64,000 nucleotides of DNA, taken from Callorhinchus milii. Lineage: Eukaryota. The position numbers and the translations under genes are program-made. The notes beneath the pieces were generated by a model. It was not told the origin of the DNA and searched no databases. It saw only the letters and a list, made by a program, of their open reading frames with translations. Where the stretch lies: the NCBI RefSeq assembly GCF_018977255.1, contig NW_024704743.1, forward strand, positions 87,546,001 to 87,610,000, read 5' to 3'. Shown one piece after another: positions 1 through 13,908 of this stretch; positions within the stretch are counted from its first letter, which is position 1, and the number at the start of each line of letters is the position of its first letter.

Positions 1-1
1 A

Positions 2-1924
2 TACACACATTCTAGTGAAGAAATGCGCAGTGCTAGAAGGTCAGGATCCAGCAGTTCTGGTACAGATCGGTTAAGTAGCATGCCTCCTGCCTTAGCTGCA
101 AATTTAGTTGCAGCAATGCAACATGGAATGAATAGGGTGGGGTTTAATTCCAGTAATGTTGGAGGTTCCTGCATAAACTACAGTTCTCGAATGGATCCTA
201 TGATGAGTGGTAATATGTCTGCAATGTCCTCTTTATCTTCCTCACATAATGTTCCAGTTTCCTCCATGACCACATACTCTGAAATGTCTTCTAGATCAAT
301 GAATAATAGCTTGAATAAATTTAATGGCTCTGGGTCAATGGGTCCCTCTACCAATTCCATTCATGGTCAGACAGGTGAACAAGGACCCGATGACATTTAT
401 TTGCGTTTATATGGCATGCCATATTCAGCAAAAGAATTGCAAATAAGAGAATTTTTCCACAATCTGCAAGTTGAAGGAATTCGGCAAATGAAGGACTATC
501 GAGGTCGGAAAACTGGAGAAGCTTATGTCCGATTTGCAACTTCTTGGGATGCATCTGAAGGACTAAAATGTCACAGAAAATACATGGGGCAGAGATTTGT
601 GGAAGTTTATCCAGCTACAGAAGAGCAATGGAATTGTGCACGAGTTAGCCTGGATGTGGAGGATAGAAATTCAGATGTGATTCGAGGAAATCGAGGCTAT
701 TCCCCTCATGAACTAAAGTATTCTCATACTCTATCAAGATCACCTCGGAGATGCAGATCACGAACTCGTTCCCCTCATGATGCAGAATATTGCGTACAGC
801 TGAAAAATATTCCTTATGGTGCTGAAAAGAAAGATGTGCGTCATTTCTTTCATGAGCTGGATATATCAGAAGACCAAATTTATCTTGTACATGATTCCTA
901 TGGTAAAAGTACAAAAGAAGGTTTTGTTGTGTTTAAAAACTCCTCTGACTACCGTAGAGCTCTAAAATATCACAAAGAATGCATTGGGAACCGTGCGATT
1001 TATGTTTACCCCATTGCCAGAAGAGCTATGGTAGATTTGATAGATACTGTTAAGAGGCAAAAATCAAGAGAAAGACCAGTTTGTAAATTGGAAGATAAAA
1101 GGTACGAGCCAAAACAAGAGCCTCATTGCTTTTCAAGATTATATATATACCTTCGCAACCTTCCATTTGATATCTCGAAGTCTGAGATCTGTAAATTCTT
1201 TGAGGGATTTTTTGTAGCTGATGATTGGATCTCCATAATTGTTGACAGTAAAGGTATTGGACTAGGGGAAGCTTTGGTCAAGTTCAAGTATGAGGATGAT
1301 GCACTAAGGGCTGCGCGTTTGCAGGGCAAAAAAATTGCTGGAAGAGAAGCTTTCCTAAAGCTTATTACTTCAGAACAAGTACTTGACCTTGGTGTCGGTT
1401 GTGCACCTGAAAGATCAAAAGGTCAAAAAGATTATTATTTTGGTTGTGGTGGTAGTGATGGTGATCATTCATTGCCTTTTGATGTCCATGAATTAGCTGA
1501 ATCTCCCTTTGAAATTTATGGTGGTTTGGGTTCAGGAACATCCATGCAAAGATCAAGGTGTGGCCAAGAAGAAGGATATTATAGAGAGTTTGAGACTGGA
1601 AACAGCAACTTTGGAGGCTCCACTGGATGCCGGTATGGATCTGGATTTGATTCAGGGTACCAAGGTAATATGGGAATGTCCAGTGGGATAGCTGCTGTTA
1701 AGGCTTTCAACCTGCCTTTCAAAATCTCAGTCAATGAAATTTTGGATTTCTTCTATGGTTATCGTGTTATTCCAGATGCAGTCACTATACGGTTCAATGA
1801 CAATGGATTGCCAGCAGGTGATGCTGTAATTGCATTTGAAACTGTTGATGAAGCAATGGCTGCTGTTCAAGACCTGAATGAGAAACCAATTGGAAAAAGG
1901 AAAGTCAAACTGAGCATGCTATAA
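2..1924 (+). CDS. RBM12B: RNA-binding protein 12B, 5'-partial, uninterrupted coding region in this window
   Basis: Frame is open from the window edge to TAA at 1922-1924. Four RRMs: DIYLRLYGMPY...ASEGLKCHRKYMGQRFVEV (~393-620), RSRTRSP-YCVQLKNIPY (~788-1020), LYIYLRNLPFD...GLGEALVKFK (~1138-1370) and AFNLPFK...EILDFFYGYRVIPD...KVKLSML (~1690-1921). These match RBM12B as I recall it. Convergent neighbour FAM92A matches mammalian synteny. RRM1 is absent, so the true start is probably upstream of the window. Confidence 0.92.
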   Translation, partial: YTHSSEEMRSARRSGSSSSGTDRLSSMPPALAANLVAAMQHGMNRVGFNSSNVGGSCINYSSRMDPMMSGNMSAMSSLSSSHNVPVSSMTTYSEMSSRSMNNSLNKFNGSGSMGPSTNSIHGQTGEQGPDDIYLRLYGMPYSAKELQIREFFHNLQVEGIRQMKDYRGRKTGEAYVRFATSWDASEGLKCHRKYMGQRFVEVYPATEEQWNCARVSLDVEDRNSDVIRGNRGYSPHELKYSHTLSRSPRRCRSRTRSPHDAEYCVQLKNIPYGAEKKDVRHFFHELDISEDQIYLVHDSYGKSTKEGFVVFKNSSDYRRALKYHKECIGNRAIYVYPIARRAMVDLIDTVKRQKSRERPVCKLEDKRYEPKQEPHCFSRLYIYLRNLPFDISKSEICKFFEGFFVADDWISIIVDSKGIGLGEALVKFKYEDDALRAARLQGKKIAGREAFLKLITSEQVLDLGVGCAPERSKGQKDYYFGCGGSDGDHSLPFDVHELAESPFEIYGGLGSGTSMQRSRCGQEEGYYREFETGNSNFGGSTGCRYGSGFDSGYQGNMGMSSGIAAVKAFNLPFKISVNEILDFFYGYRVIPDAVTIRFNDNGLPAGDAVIAFETVDEAMAAVQDLNEKPIGKRKVKLSML

Positions 1925-2495
1925 GTTCAGTGGAACATGTGTTTGTTATTAACAAATGCATTTTAGGTTGGGTGAACTGGAAGGCAATTTCTATATGGCA
2001 CTGATTTTCCTAAACTGCATAAATAATAGTGAGTTGTTGACATTTGCAAAATTTTAGGCAAATGTGATTCCTGTTGAGACTGTTTTTTAAATTTTTGCCA
2101 GAAAATTGTTGGGTTAACAAGTTCACTGCTTATGGAAGTGTATTGTGCTTTGTCTTGAGGATTACCTGATACGGTTTACAAGATCATTATCCAATCTCTT
2201 TGGTTGCCTAAATATACCCATTTTATTACAAAGGTATACTAATTAAATCAAAACCTTGTCTGGATCTAGATGGCTTTGAGGAGTTAAACTTGCGGATGTT
2301 TCAAATCCTGATGTAGTGTTTATTTTTCCACTGGAAAGAGAAAACCTAGTGGATTTGTTAAACTCCTGACAGGATATCCTGTATACATACAGTATAAATT
2401 TTTTTCCACACAGTTATAAATTGTTATTCACCTACCCAAGTCTGTTCAAAGGAGATGCAAATCCTGAGGTAGTAGTAGTATGTTGACCAAATTTA

Positions 2496-3062
2496 CTCTA
2501 AACTCGATTATGCCAACGCCCTGCATGTCAGCCTTCCCAACTCTTCCCTCCATAAGCTGAGATCATCCAGAACTCTGAAACTCGTGTCCTCTCCTGCACC
2601 AAGCTCTGTGACTCCATCACACCCACCCTCGCCCGGCTTCACTGGCTCCCCATCTTTCAGAGGATCGAGTTCAAAATTCTCGTCCTCACCTTCAAGGCCC
2701 TCCGTGGACTTGCTTCTCCGACTTGCTAACCCCTTATCAACCTGTCCGCTCCCCCTGCTCAGCAGGCTCTGGCCTGCTCCATGTCCCCCTGCTGGCCCGC
2801 CCCATCACCATCATTGGTGGGGCCTTCAGCCTCTCTGCCCGACCCTCTGGAACTACATCCCACATTCCATTTGCCTCACTCCCTCCCTTGCCTCCTTCAA
2901 GGCACGCCTCTTCGACCATGCCTTTGGCCACCTGCCTACCCTCTGTGCCCTCCACCCTCCCTGATCCCAACCCCCACGCTCGGGTCCTAATCCCTGACTG
3001 TTCAGCGCCTTGGGATGTCCTCCTGACATGAAAGGTGCTTTACAAATGTAATTTTGTATTGT
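2496..3062 (+). mobile_element. L2-type LINE 3' fragment, probably within the RBM12B 3' UTR
   Basis: Degenerate L2 C-terminal coding (LHWLP...RIEFKILVLTFKAL) and tail GCGCCTTGGGATGTCCTCCTGACATGAAAGGTGC. ATTAAA/AATAAA hexamers occur downstream at ~3260 and ~3376. Confidence 0.85.
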
Positions 3063-4859
3063 AAACTTGGTGGTGTGTGAAAAATGATCTTTATTTCATT
3101 GGAGCCAATTTTTTATTTTCAGTCAATGCATTGCCAGAAAAAACAAAGGTGTTAGACTCGATACAATTCAATATTATTTTGTAAAACATACATTATCCTT
3201 GTTGTATTTAAAATAACTACTTGTGCTGAGATCTTTCTTTATGTGTTTTGCGAAACATGATTTGCGAAGTCAAAGTGTACTGAAGATCCATATTTTGATT
3301 CTCATCCTGTGAAGTCTTTATTAAAAGATGTTCTGTTTTACTCTGCCCTATTTTTGTTTTTCAGTTCTAGTGCTCAATAAATGGACCAAAGTAAGATACT
3401 GTTTTATGTAAAGTTACAGTGCCATTAATTACCCCAACTGATGTGGGATAGTATTGATGATTTTACCATACAAGCAAATCTTCTATGGCCTTGGAAATAA
3501 TTTGTTCAATTGTCTTGTGCGCCAGGACAAAAATTTAAAGGCCTCTGTTTGCCTCAGGTTTAATTCACAAACACGCCTCCATTTTCTTCGTTTCCAATGT
3601 TAGATTCTGAAATAATCCAAGCATTTAAACAATCTTTAAAACAAATGCTTTCAAGCCTCCTGATTAGTAATTTTGTGAGCATTAACAACTAGAATGTCAG
3701 GAGACATTTAAGTAAATGCGCAGCAAAGCATTTACTTAGGTGTAACTCGGTAAATAAAAATCCCAGCTACATACATTATCATCAACTTTCTAGTGATATT
3801 GATATGTGATACTATGAGGTTTAATTATGCTCTCAGTGTAGATTGTATCCTCGAGAAGGTGTCAACCTTTTTATTAGTTGTCCTATGAATACATTACTTA
3901 CCCAGAAACTAAGAATCAGAGGATTTGTGATGTACTATAAATCACTTTTTAAAAATTCATGACCATCTACGAATCTACATAAGGTAAGTTGATATTTTCA
4001 GAGTTCTTTCCTAGTATAGAAAATCGGTTACAAATTATACAGCATGAATGTTTGGTGGTTTGTTTATTGTAATAAGAGACAGTATAACCCTTGACATTCT
4101 ATCTTTTCTTAAAACAAGGTGAGTAATGGCAGGAAGAACACTCTTAACATCAAAAACACCTGTGTTGACATGCATTTTTTGTTTTTGACGACCTTGCAAT
4201 TTGAGAGGAATTATTTTAAAGGAGCAGGGAACTCACAGTTTGCAAATGTATCTCGACCTATCAAGTCTTACTTGTTCAGCATTAAAAAAATTTTGGGGGT
4301 TTAAATTGTGATTTTTATCTTGATGTATCTCACTTTGAAAAATAAATAGTGCAGTGGGTTTATCATCTGTCTTACTGTTTTACAATCATGGATTTAAATC
4401 TTAATGTTTCCTGTTTTATACAGAATTTCACTTGTATAGTAGATAAGCTAAATCTAATTTGTGATTTTGAAGACTGCTCTCCCAACCCCTCAATCGCCTA
4501 GGAATACAAATGGCAATTGGTGTCTGTAGTACAGTTTTAGATTTAATTTCTCCATCTGGTTAATTACTTACTTCCCAAGTATCTAATATCTCCTAGTCAT
4601 TTCTTTATTCTAGTCTTCTAGGATAGTACATTCCATATTCTCAAAACATTTTATTATTTAAACTTTGACTGCGTAATAACTGAATACTGTAAGCCAAATG
4701 AGATCTAACAAGGCTTCTCTATATAACTACAACATCACTTTGTTGCCTTTGTATTCCAGACCCTTGGATTAAAAGACCGTTTCCTATAATAATAATAATC
4801 CTATTAGATGTTTTGATTGATTTCTAGCTAAAAGAATTATGTACTTGGATCCCTAGATG

Positions 4860-6061
4860 GCTCTGTTCATCTCTCCTTGCAGCCCCTGCAGTCTGGTTTT
4901 CGCTCAGCCCACAGCACAGAGACAGCACTTGCCAAAGTCACAAACGATGTCCTCTCTATCTGTGACCAGGGCTCCCTCTGCCTTCTTGTCTCAGATCTCT
5001 ATGCCGTGTTCGACACAGTCGACCACGCTATCCTCCTCCACCGCCTCCTCCCTCATCCACCTTAGTGGGACCACATACGCATGGTTTGAGTTCTGCTTCA
5101 CCAATTGTCTCCATTTCATCTTGGCAAATGGTTTTCCCTCCCGCCCTGTCACCTGCGGGGTACCCCAGGGCTCCATCCTTGGCCCTCTAATTTTCCTTAT
5201 CTATATGCTCACTCGGGGCGATGTCATCTGCAGACACAGGGTAAACTTCCACATGTATGCGGATGACACACAAATCTACTTTGTATCCTCCAGTACCAAC
5301 TTGAGGTCTGCCAATTGTCTATCAGCTTGTCTGGCAGACATTAGGGTCTAGATGAGTGCAAACTTCCTGCAGCTGAATGTGGACAAGACGGAAGTCATAC
5401 TCCTTGGCTCACGTCAACTTCTTTACTCCTGAATACCTCAAACTCCCTGGGCTCTCCCTCAGACTCACCAAACCAGTATGCAATTTAGGCATCCGTTTCG
5501 ATCCCCAGCTGCTCTTCCAAACCCATATCCGGTCTAGGACCGAATTCTTCCACCTCCGCCACATTGCCCGCCTCTGACCGTACCTTACCCCAAATGCAGC
5601 TGAAACCCTTGTGCATGCGTTTGTCACTTTCTGCCTGGATTACTAAAATGCACTCCTCGCCGGTCTCCCCAGCTCCACTATTCAAAAGTTCCGGCTCATT
5701 CAGAACTCTGCCTCCCACATACTGACCCGGACCAAACTCCGTACCCACATCTCACCAGTTCTGGTCAGGCTCCACTGGCTCCCCATCACCGAGCAGATCG
5801 ACTTCAAGATCCTCACACTCATGTTCAAATCCATTCACTCTCGGTACCTCCCTACCCCTCCTACCTCCTCATTTCCCACTCCACCACCCGATGACTCCGC
5901 CTTGCCCTGTCTCCCCTTTTCAAGTCCTGCCTGAAAACCTTTTTGACTGCACTTATGGACACCTTTCGCCCCCACTCTGCTCGGAGTCAAGCTCCACAAT
6001 TGTTAAAGCGCTCTGAGACGCTACCCTGCGTGGAGGGCGCTATATAAGTGCAAGTTGTTGT
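4860..6061 (+). mobile_element. L2 LINE, 5'-truncated, degenerate RT
   Basis: [24 protein letters not shown] and YADDTQ motifs with frameshifts and stops; hairpin tail ending in TTG repeats. Confidence 0.92.
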
Positions 6062-9000
6062 ATCCCTCCCCAGGGGTTCCACAATGGAGCACATTCCCAT
6101 CTGCAAATCTACCTTCCAAAGTGTCCTAACTCCCATTTTGCTATGTTGAACTCCAGCTGTTATATTTTTTCACATGTTTATATCGATTTGAAATTTTCTG
6201 TGTTTTTTAACCCAATAAAATTGTAATCTATTGTAAATTACCAAAGAGTCTTTTCAGATTAATTCTATTTTGATTGAATAATATCAGGCATTCCTATAGA
6301 AGAAAAATAATGCATTGGGCTGTCTAGCTGCACCAATTGAATCTTGAATTGTCAATGTTTAAAATTCATATTCAGAACATTTTTAGGTAGTAGATTGTAA
6401 TAATTTTGGTTTGAAACCTACTAATGTGTGACAACTATATTATTTCCAATCAAAAGGCTACACATGATCATGTGTGCTATCCATCGTTTTAAGGTGATGC
6501 TTACAATTTAAAGTAACAAATTATTGCCAAAGTCATCATTGTAAAACATTGGATGTCAGCTAGATTTGTATATCTTGTAGGATTTTATTCAGCCTTGGTA
6601 GTTATATTTAGTCTATTGTTATATAGACTGAATACAATTTTTAAATCTTTAAAACGTAGTGAACAATAACCACACATGTTTTCCAGTAACTGAGCTTCTC
6701 AGACAGTTGTAAATATGATTGGTTAGGTGTTCACTCTTAGTGGTATTCATTCCTTAATCGTTGAGTTTCTAATATTAAAGACTGTGTTAAGTGTGGTAAT
6801 TTACTGCTGTATTTTAGTTTGGAATAAAAGGTTTAGTGATGGACACACTCACCTCGTTCCCAAATTATCTAACTGGTCTCCAAGTCAGCTACAATCTAAT
6901 TTATATAAACTAGCTTTTCACTAAGATCTACACCATTGACATACAAATGGTACGAAAAGTGCAAGTGGAATAAAACGATCAAAATGGTTGCTATTTATAA
7001 TAATAATCCAGATATTTGGTATAACACCTTATCACGCTACGAGATGTTTCAAAGTGCTTCATAAAAAATACTCCATAGTGAATTGACTGGATATTTTGTG
7101 GACTTTATTTTATATTAAATAAATATGAATTATCTAAAAATGCTTCATTTACATCATGTATTCAGGTTACTTCAAGAACAAGAAAATGATTTTTTTAAAA
7201 ATACTGAATCTCACCTGTTATTAAATTTGCATGAATTTATAGTCTGCATTTGATGCATTTCCTCACTTTGTGTTTCAAGGAGCTTCAGAAGATTTACTGT
7301 TAAGTGTTTTACACTTTAAAAACTGTTTTAGTGGGCAACCACATTAGCCAATTTGCACACAGCAATGTTCTACAGACAGCCATGGAGTGAATTACCAATT
7401 TGGGGAAACTTTCGAAGGACACTTTTTCGAATACTGCTATGGGATCATTAACAACTACCTGAACAGACAGATGGGATGTCAATTTAATGTCTCACCTAAA
7501 ACATGGCAACTCTAAAATGCTTTTGTCAAGTCAAAAATAAATTTTATATGTATATATTTTTTTATATATGCCCCTCCCCATAAGTATAGTGATACAGTAC
7601 TTTTGTGGTCTGGCATATAAATGTCTCTTGAATGTCTGCTACAAATATTTATTTGTGTATCATTGCAAACTGATTTGCTGTTGCTGACTGTGCTTCATAT
7701 CTCAGAATTAAGCAGAAAAGAGAGAAGTTGGTTTTAAGCTTGAGCCTGTGGATCACTGGTTCCTTGTATTTTTTTATTTTGCTGGAACAATAAATCTTTG
7801 GACAAACAAGAATCTGAAAGTAAGCCTTCATTCAACATGTGTATTACCATTTATGTTTCAGTTATACCATTGAGCACAGCTCTTACAGTTTTACATTCCA
7901 TATTTATGTTTAATATCGTTCATCTTTTATTCCATCTATAAGCTTGTCTAGTGTTTTCATTATACACCATTTGCGTTGCCTTCAAGCAGTGGTCGTATTG
8001 GATTTGCAGGTATTTACTTTTAGTAATCTTTAGCATTTTAGAAATTTATGAACCTGTCTAACTACTAAGAATTTGAGTTTATACAGTGAAATGTTTGCTT
8101 TGACACGTCTTCAGAATATTAGTTGGTTACACACTAGAACCACAGAAATCTACAACACAGGAGGCCAATCAGCCCATTATGTCTGTACTGACACTTAAAA
8201 GAACAATCCTTTCAGCCCCACATTGGTAATTTTGTAAAACAATTTGAGATTGAAAAATATAGGATTGTTTTGCAAGACATTCTTTTGCAACTCCCTTGAT
8301 TTCTGTATAGTTGGATTATGCTTTATTCTACCTTCCCCCTCTCCCCCTCACCCACCTGCATTACAGTAATTTACCTTTTTACATATTACCTTTTTCTGTA
8401 AATAAATTCTGGTGTTTGTTTTTGTCTTGCCTTTCCCAGCACCTGTCTGAAGTGTTTCACCATTTATGCAGGTCAGATGGATTGTTTCTCAGTATATTTG
8501 AATAAACAGTAACACTTAGATCGTAAACATACCACCAGTGTTAAATTGGAACTTGATGAGCATGAATTGGATAGATTTTAGCTAGAAGCCTGACTAATGC
8601 TACATTTATGCTGCCACTGAATTGTCTTGGTTATAAATTGAGGTCTGAATCATGCAGAGGTCCCACATCACTTAGATTTGTTGACGCATTACTGTTGCTT
8701 ACATCACTATAAATAACAACAAATTACATTTGTGTAGTGCCTTTCACATTGGGAGGAAGTCCTCCCTGGCACTGGACAGTTGGGGTTTTGGACGTGGTTG
8801 ATTTGAGTTGCACTGGACTTAGACCTGTGATCCAGCTGAAGCTCGTGTCATCCGGTGAGATCTTTCAAAAAAAACCTTTTCAAATTTAAATTCAGTCAAG
8901 CAATAGGCTCTTAATTTAAAAACAGTATTTGTGTATGAAATTGCTTCACTCCAGGAAGTTTTTTAAAAAAAGCTTTTGGCCTTTTAATTAATTAATTAAT

Positions 9001-10321
9001 TAATGACAAATCTAACTATAACATCACAGATCAAATGTTCACCTCATATTATGCTATTACACTAGTTATAGCGAATTACTAATTATAATGCTTTTCTTTT
9101 GGTAGTTGACTGGAATCACATCTTCCATTGGGTTCTCTGGTCTATGAACAATCTGATATTGAAATCCCCCATGATTACTACATTTTGATAGTGTTTGGGG
9201 TCTTTTATCTACTTAAACAGCTATCCTCCTTTACCAGTTATTTTTTAAGCCTGTTTAATACTGCCATTGAATTATCTTGGTTAGAAGGTGAATTGTATGG
9301 AAGCCTTACTCCAGACACCATCAGTATCTCAAGTCCATGCTGTTGAATGGATTTCAATCCCCTGGGGGGGGGGAGACATAAGTGAGGTTACTCTGGAGCT
9401 AAAGTGACTCCATGGTGACCTACATGCCAATGGAATGTCAGAATAGTCAGCCACTCTGAGGGCTGACACCAGCCAACCTCATTCATTGATAAGTATTGGA
9501 GGGTTAAAACAGTCACGGGCGAGGGATTCTTCCTACTTAGCTCTTGGTACCTCTACAAGCCAAAGCTCCAGCAGGTAGGGTGGCACTAGCTGGACAAGCA
9601 GCCGCAAATTTAAAATAGTAAATGTGCAATGCATAAGTTTTGGTTAGTAAAACCCATGTGGGCTAAGAACAGCATATATTCCTAATTCACTTTTTTTTGA
9701 TTGGCAAATCCTAAAATATTTAAACCAATTTAATTTAATACATGGGAAACTCATGGAATATTTAACGTCTACCTCGGCAGGCAGACTGGATCTCGGTTTA
9801 ACATCTCATCTGAAGGATGGCACTTCCAACAATACATTACACCTCCAGTTCTGTATTGGAGTTTCAACATAGACATTGGGTGGAGTTTGAACCCACAAAG
9901 AGTGCTAGCAATTGAGCTAGGCTGATACATGAAATTTCCTACAGCTCATGAGTTCCAAAGTTATTCATCAGTTTTGTTGCATAAAAGGTCTGCAAAATGT
10001 TCTCTGTAACACTAAACATTAATCATTCTGTTACACAATCAAATGAGCCTTCATAACATTTGGTAATAAACAGCAACATATATCCTTAAAAACATTTTAA
10101 TGAGATAAAAGTATTTACATACACAATTTGGCATACACAAAAGTAGAAAATATGTAGCGTTTGGCATTGTCAAATAGTGTTTTAGCATTTTTGAAACACA
10201 GCAAGATTGGATAAGGTTTACAACAATAAAGATTATAAAATGTTATAAATGTAGCAGACAAAATAAGATGATAAATATATGTGATATTGTTTAATATTTT
10301 TTGGGTAGTCATTGCAGGCAG

Positions 10322-10447
10322 TTAGGTATTCTTGGGGACATACTCTTCCTCCTCTTCTTCATCCTCTTCCTCCTCCTCAATTCCGTCATCGTCTTCCTCT
10401 TCTTCATCATCCAATTGTAACTTACACGTGGAACCAGGAGTGTTTTC
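10322..10447 (-). CDS. CIBAR1: CIBAR1/FAM92A exon 9 (last coding exon, acidic tail)
   Basis: Acceptor ttttgttacag; ENTPGSTCKLQLDDEEEEDDDGIEEEEEDEEEEEEYVPKNT*; 126 nt, phase 0. Confidence 0.85.
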   Translation of the reverse strand, partial: ENTPGSTCKLQLDDEEEEDDDGIEEEEEDEEEEEEYVPKNT

Positions 10448-11014
10448 CTGTAACAAAATAGAACCAATAATTACATTTTTACAATTTTCTCCCTTCCAGT
10501 CAGAGAAATTAAACTCCTACAATGAGAAATTAAGCATATTAGCACTTAAGTATTGTTGATTTACCTGAATATTTTAATATGTGATCCAACTTAGTTGGAT
10601 AACCAAAACAAATGTTTGTTTTGTTCTTCTTTCAATATTGTAACCATTTTAATAAACATTCAATACACTTAGATAGTGTGGAGTCCTGTAGCTTAGTGGT
10701 TAGAACACTCGCTTCGCAATAAAGAGAACATGGGTTTGATTCCTGGGCAGAGATGAGTATTATAAATACATGTGATAAGAAGTCCAAGGAGTAATGGAAA
10801 GATGAGACAACGGAAACAGAGAGCGAGAGGCAGAGGTGAATCTGCTTGATCAATTCAGTGGACATTCAATTCATAATTAGGTTGATTCAACCAAAATTTG
10901 TGTTTGTATGCAATTAACAGACATTACTGCAGACTTTCAGGGCTTTACCAAGCATGCCTATTCAGAGCTTGTTCAATAAAGAGTGACATTCTCTTTCCAA
11001 CTCACACATATTTC

Positions 11015-11420
11015 AGCTTGGCTCAACCGATAGCACTCGTCTCCGAGTCTGAAGTTGTGGGTTCAAGCTCCACTTTGGGACTTTGAAAGCTTGGCATTCC
11101 AGTGCAGCATTTGCCCAGCACTGTCAGAGATGCCATCCTTCAGATGAGACATTAAACCAAGGACCTGTCTCCCTGTTCAGGTGGATGTTAAGATCCTATA
11201 GCCCTGTTTGAAAAGAGAAGGGAATTTTTCCCATTGTGCTGGCTAACAAAGTCCCCAAAATTCACTTCATGGCTGTTCGTAGGATATTACTGTATGCAAA
11301 TTGCTGCTGCCACATTCATCTACAAACTACATTACTGTATACACCTTTGTCTACAAAATATTTTACAATACCCTTAACAGTACTTGTAAAGTGCTTTGAG
11401 ACATCCTCCTACTGTGAAAC
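11015..11420 (+). mobile_element. Old tRNA-derived DeuSINE-like (SacSINE1/AmnSINE1-type) element
   Basis: tRNA-like head, central GATGAGACATTAAACCAAGG...TTCAGGTGGATGTTAAGATCC domain, L2-like tail. Family assignment from recall. Confidence 0.7.
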
Positions 11421-11631
11421 AGCCACAAAGTGAATGACCAGTTTTATCTGGGGGATCAATGGTCAGGACACCAGGAAGAAAATCCCTTTTTGAATAAAGC
11501 CATGGGATCTTTAACATACATCTAGATAGCCAGGTGGGATACAGACAATTTGTGTACACTAATATATATATACACACACACACTAACACTGATAAAAATC
11601 TAAATGATCGAAATTAAGGAAGTTACGTTAC

Positions 11632-11751
11632 CTTGGAAGATCGTAACATAGATATACTTGAATTATTCCCATTTGTAGATTTTAAGAAATTTGCAGAAAC
11701 TAGGCTCAAGCGAGGCTGGGTGGTTTCAAAATGAAGTGAGCTCCTGTAAGC
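11632..11751 (-). CDS. CIBAR1: CIBAR1 exon 8
   Basis: tttttgcag | AYRSSLHFETTQPRLSLVSANFLKSTNGNNSSISMLRSSK | gtaacg; 120 nt. Confidence 0.88.
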
Positions 11752-12330
11752 CTGCAAAAACAATAGCAATATCTAAACTACAATGGTTCACCACATGTAA
11801 TATTGTAACCTAAAGACACAACAATAAATGATGAACTAACATATATTAAAACTTTTCCTTACCAACTATCATTTTCATCATTCCCCTGCTCTAACTTTCA
11901 AAATGCCACTTGGAACTTACATTTTTTTTACTCAAAAATATTTTGTGTGTTTCTCTAATATACTTTGAAGGAGACTTTAAGGGGGAGAGTTAAGAGAGAA
12001 TTCAAAGACATAACATGTCTATTGATGAATTTCATATGTACACAACTTAAAAGTTAAAGGTATTAAGATAGTATCTATCTTGGTATTTTGCACAAGGTTT
12101 AAATTGATGACAATTTAAATAAAGTTTCCCTCAGAAACACTTGAAAATAATTTAATGGGTCTTCTACATGAGATTTTAATTTCTGCAGACCTGATAGTAA
12201 CCTCAGGAGAGCTACCACACCAGTCTCCTAAACTGCATCCAATATATCGATACCGAAGTCACAAGTCCAATAATACAAAAATCTTTCATTTACTAATAAC
12301 ATTTGGCCCTTTGTTTATAATATATCTTAC

Positions 12331-12444
12331 CTCCATATCCTCATCTTCATCAATATTCTGTACGTGTTGATATGCAGTAGTATAAACTTCTAAAGCTTTT
12401 GCATGAAATGCCATTTCAATTGTAATGAAGTCTCCAAAAATTTT
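12331..12444 (-). CDS. CIBAR1: CIBAR1 exon 7
   Basis: aaacag | KIFGDFITIEMAFHAKALEVYTTAYQHVQNIDEDEDME | gtaag; 114 nt; strong FAM92A match. Confidence 0.95.
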
Positions 12445-13324
12445 CTGTTTTTCAAAAATGAAACCAGAAAAAAAATTTATTGAAATCCAAACCAGTAAAT
12501 TAGTTTAAAAAAATCACCAAATGTGAAAATTGCTACACTACAGTTGCTAGTCCCAGGTCAAGTGTCAAGGAGTGTCAAGTGCTTTGAGACATCCTCCTGA
12601 CATGAAAGGTGCTGTATAAATATAAATTATATTGTATAATTCTTTTATATTCTAGAAAAGTACCAATTAATTCAAGTCTCATGTCATGTCCAATAAATTG
12701 TGAAGTTATTTTCTGCAACTGCAGAGGATTCAAATTATTGTGTTTTTTTTAAAATCGGTCACAATCAAGCTGAAAACAAGACTTAAATAAATGACACGTA
12801 GTCGTGATTTTCAGAGATAAAAGATACGCTAATTATGTAATTTTATGCAATGTTTCTGACCAAATGACAGAAAACATAAGGATATTTTACATAAGTGGAG
12901 TTGAGATCCACGTGCAAGAGAATCAACCAATCAGCAACTACCAAAAAGTTAAACTACACTGTTTTGGCTCACTCATGAATTAGCACAAAGTGGGTGTAAT
13001 AACAGCAAGTTGCTTTGCTATGAATATTCTTAATACAAACCAAGATAATGTTATGCTCCTGAATCCTGCACTAACCCAAATAAACAATCTTTTTCAATCC
13101 TCATTTCAATAATCAGTAAAGAAAAAGGTTAAGGGTGTCCAAGGGACCAGTAAATACATTTGAATAATTTTTAAGCATCAAAACGTTTACTGAAATTGGC
13201 TGCAAGGAAGATCATGCAATTGTTCAAGGGACATTTTGTTAACTGTGCCAATCCCTGAGATGGTGTCCTATATTCTTAGTGTATCTGGAAATGGAATAAA
13301 CAAATTTGAGTTTAATCAACTTAC

Positions 13325-13429
13325 CTTAATGTCCTTAATTTTATGTTTTTCAAAATCATCCATTGTTTCTTCTAACTGACGAGCAATTCGAGTGGCATCC
13401 ACTGTGACCCTTTGCAAATCGGACTCTGC
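13325..13429 (-). CDS. CIBAR1: CIBAR1 exon 6
   Basis: gacag | AESDLQRVTVDATRIARQLEETMDDFEKHKIKDIK | gtaag; 105 nt. Confidence 0.95.
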
Positions 13430-13908
13430 CTGTCATACAACAGATGCATTCATAATCATATTTTAGTAAATTCAGAATAATACATGAACATATTCAAATT
13501 TTAATCAATGTTTGTTAAATTGAACTTGCGTGTCTTATGTATTCATGGGGAATAGGGTTATTGTGAAAAGAGCAGGTAAATGGGTCTGAAAGAATTGCTC
13601 TTAAAAGAACCAGCACAGATACGATTGTCAGAATGACATTCTGTGCTGCAAATCTACTGCAGTGATAAGAGTGGTGGAGTAACAATGCTCAAGTCTGGAA
13701 TACTGTTTACATTCAGTATAAATCAGACGAAGGGTTTCTTTTCACTGCTACTATTCTTTATTCCGAGTCCAATGGCCGTACTGGCATGCAGGTATTATAT
13801 TTCACAATTTTATGCTGCAGAGTAATGGACGATGACTAATTGCAGAGGGACACATCAGACAGAGGGAACTTTCATTCCTGCAGTCAAGTTTTGGATCCAG
13901 AAATGAAA

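Noticed and set aside
10584..10624. Two adjacent short near-palindromes
   Set aside because: Arms of 7-9 bp in AT-rich intron sequence are compatible with chance.
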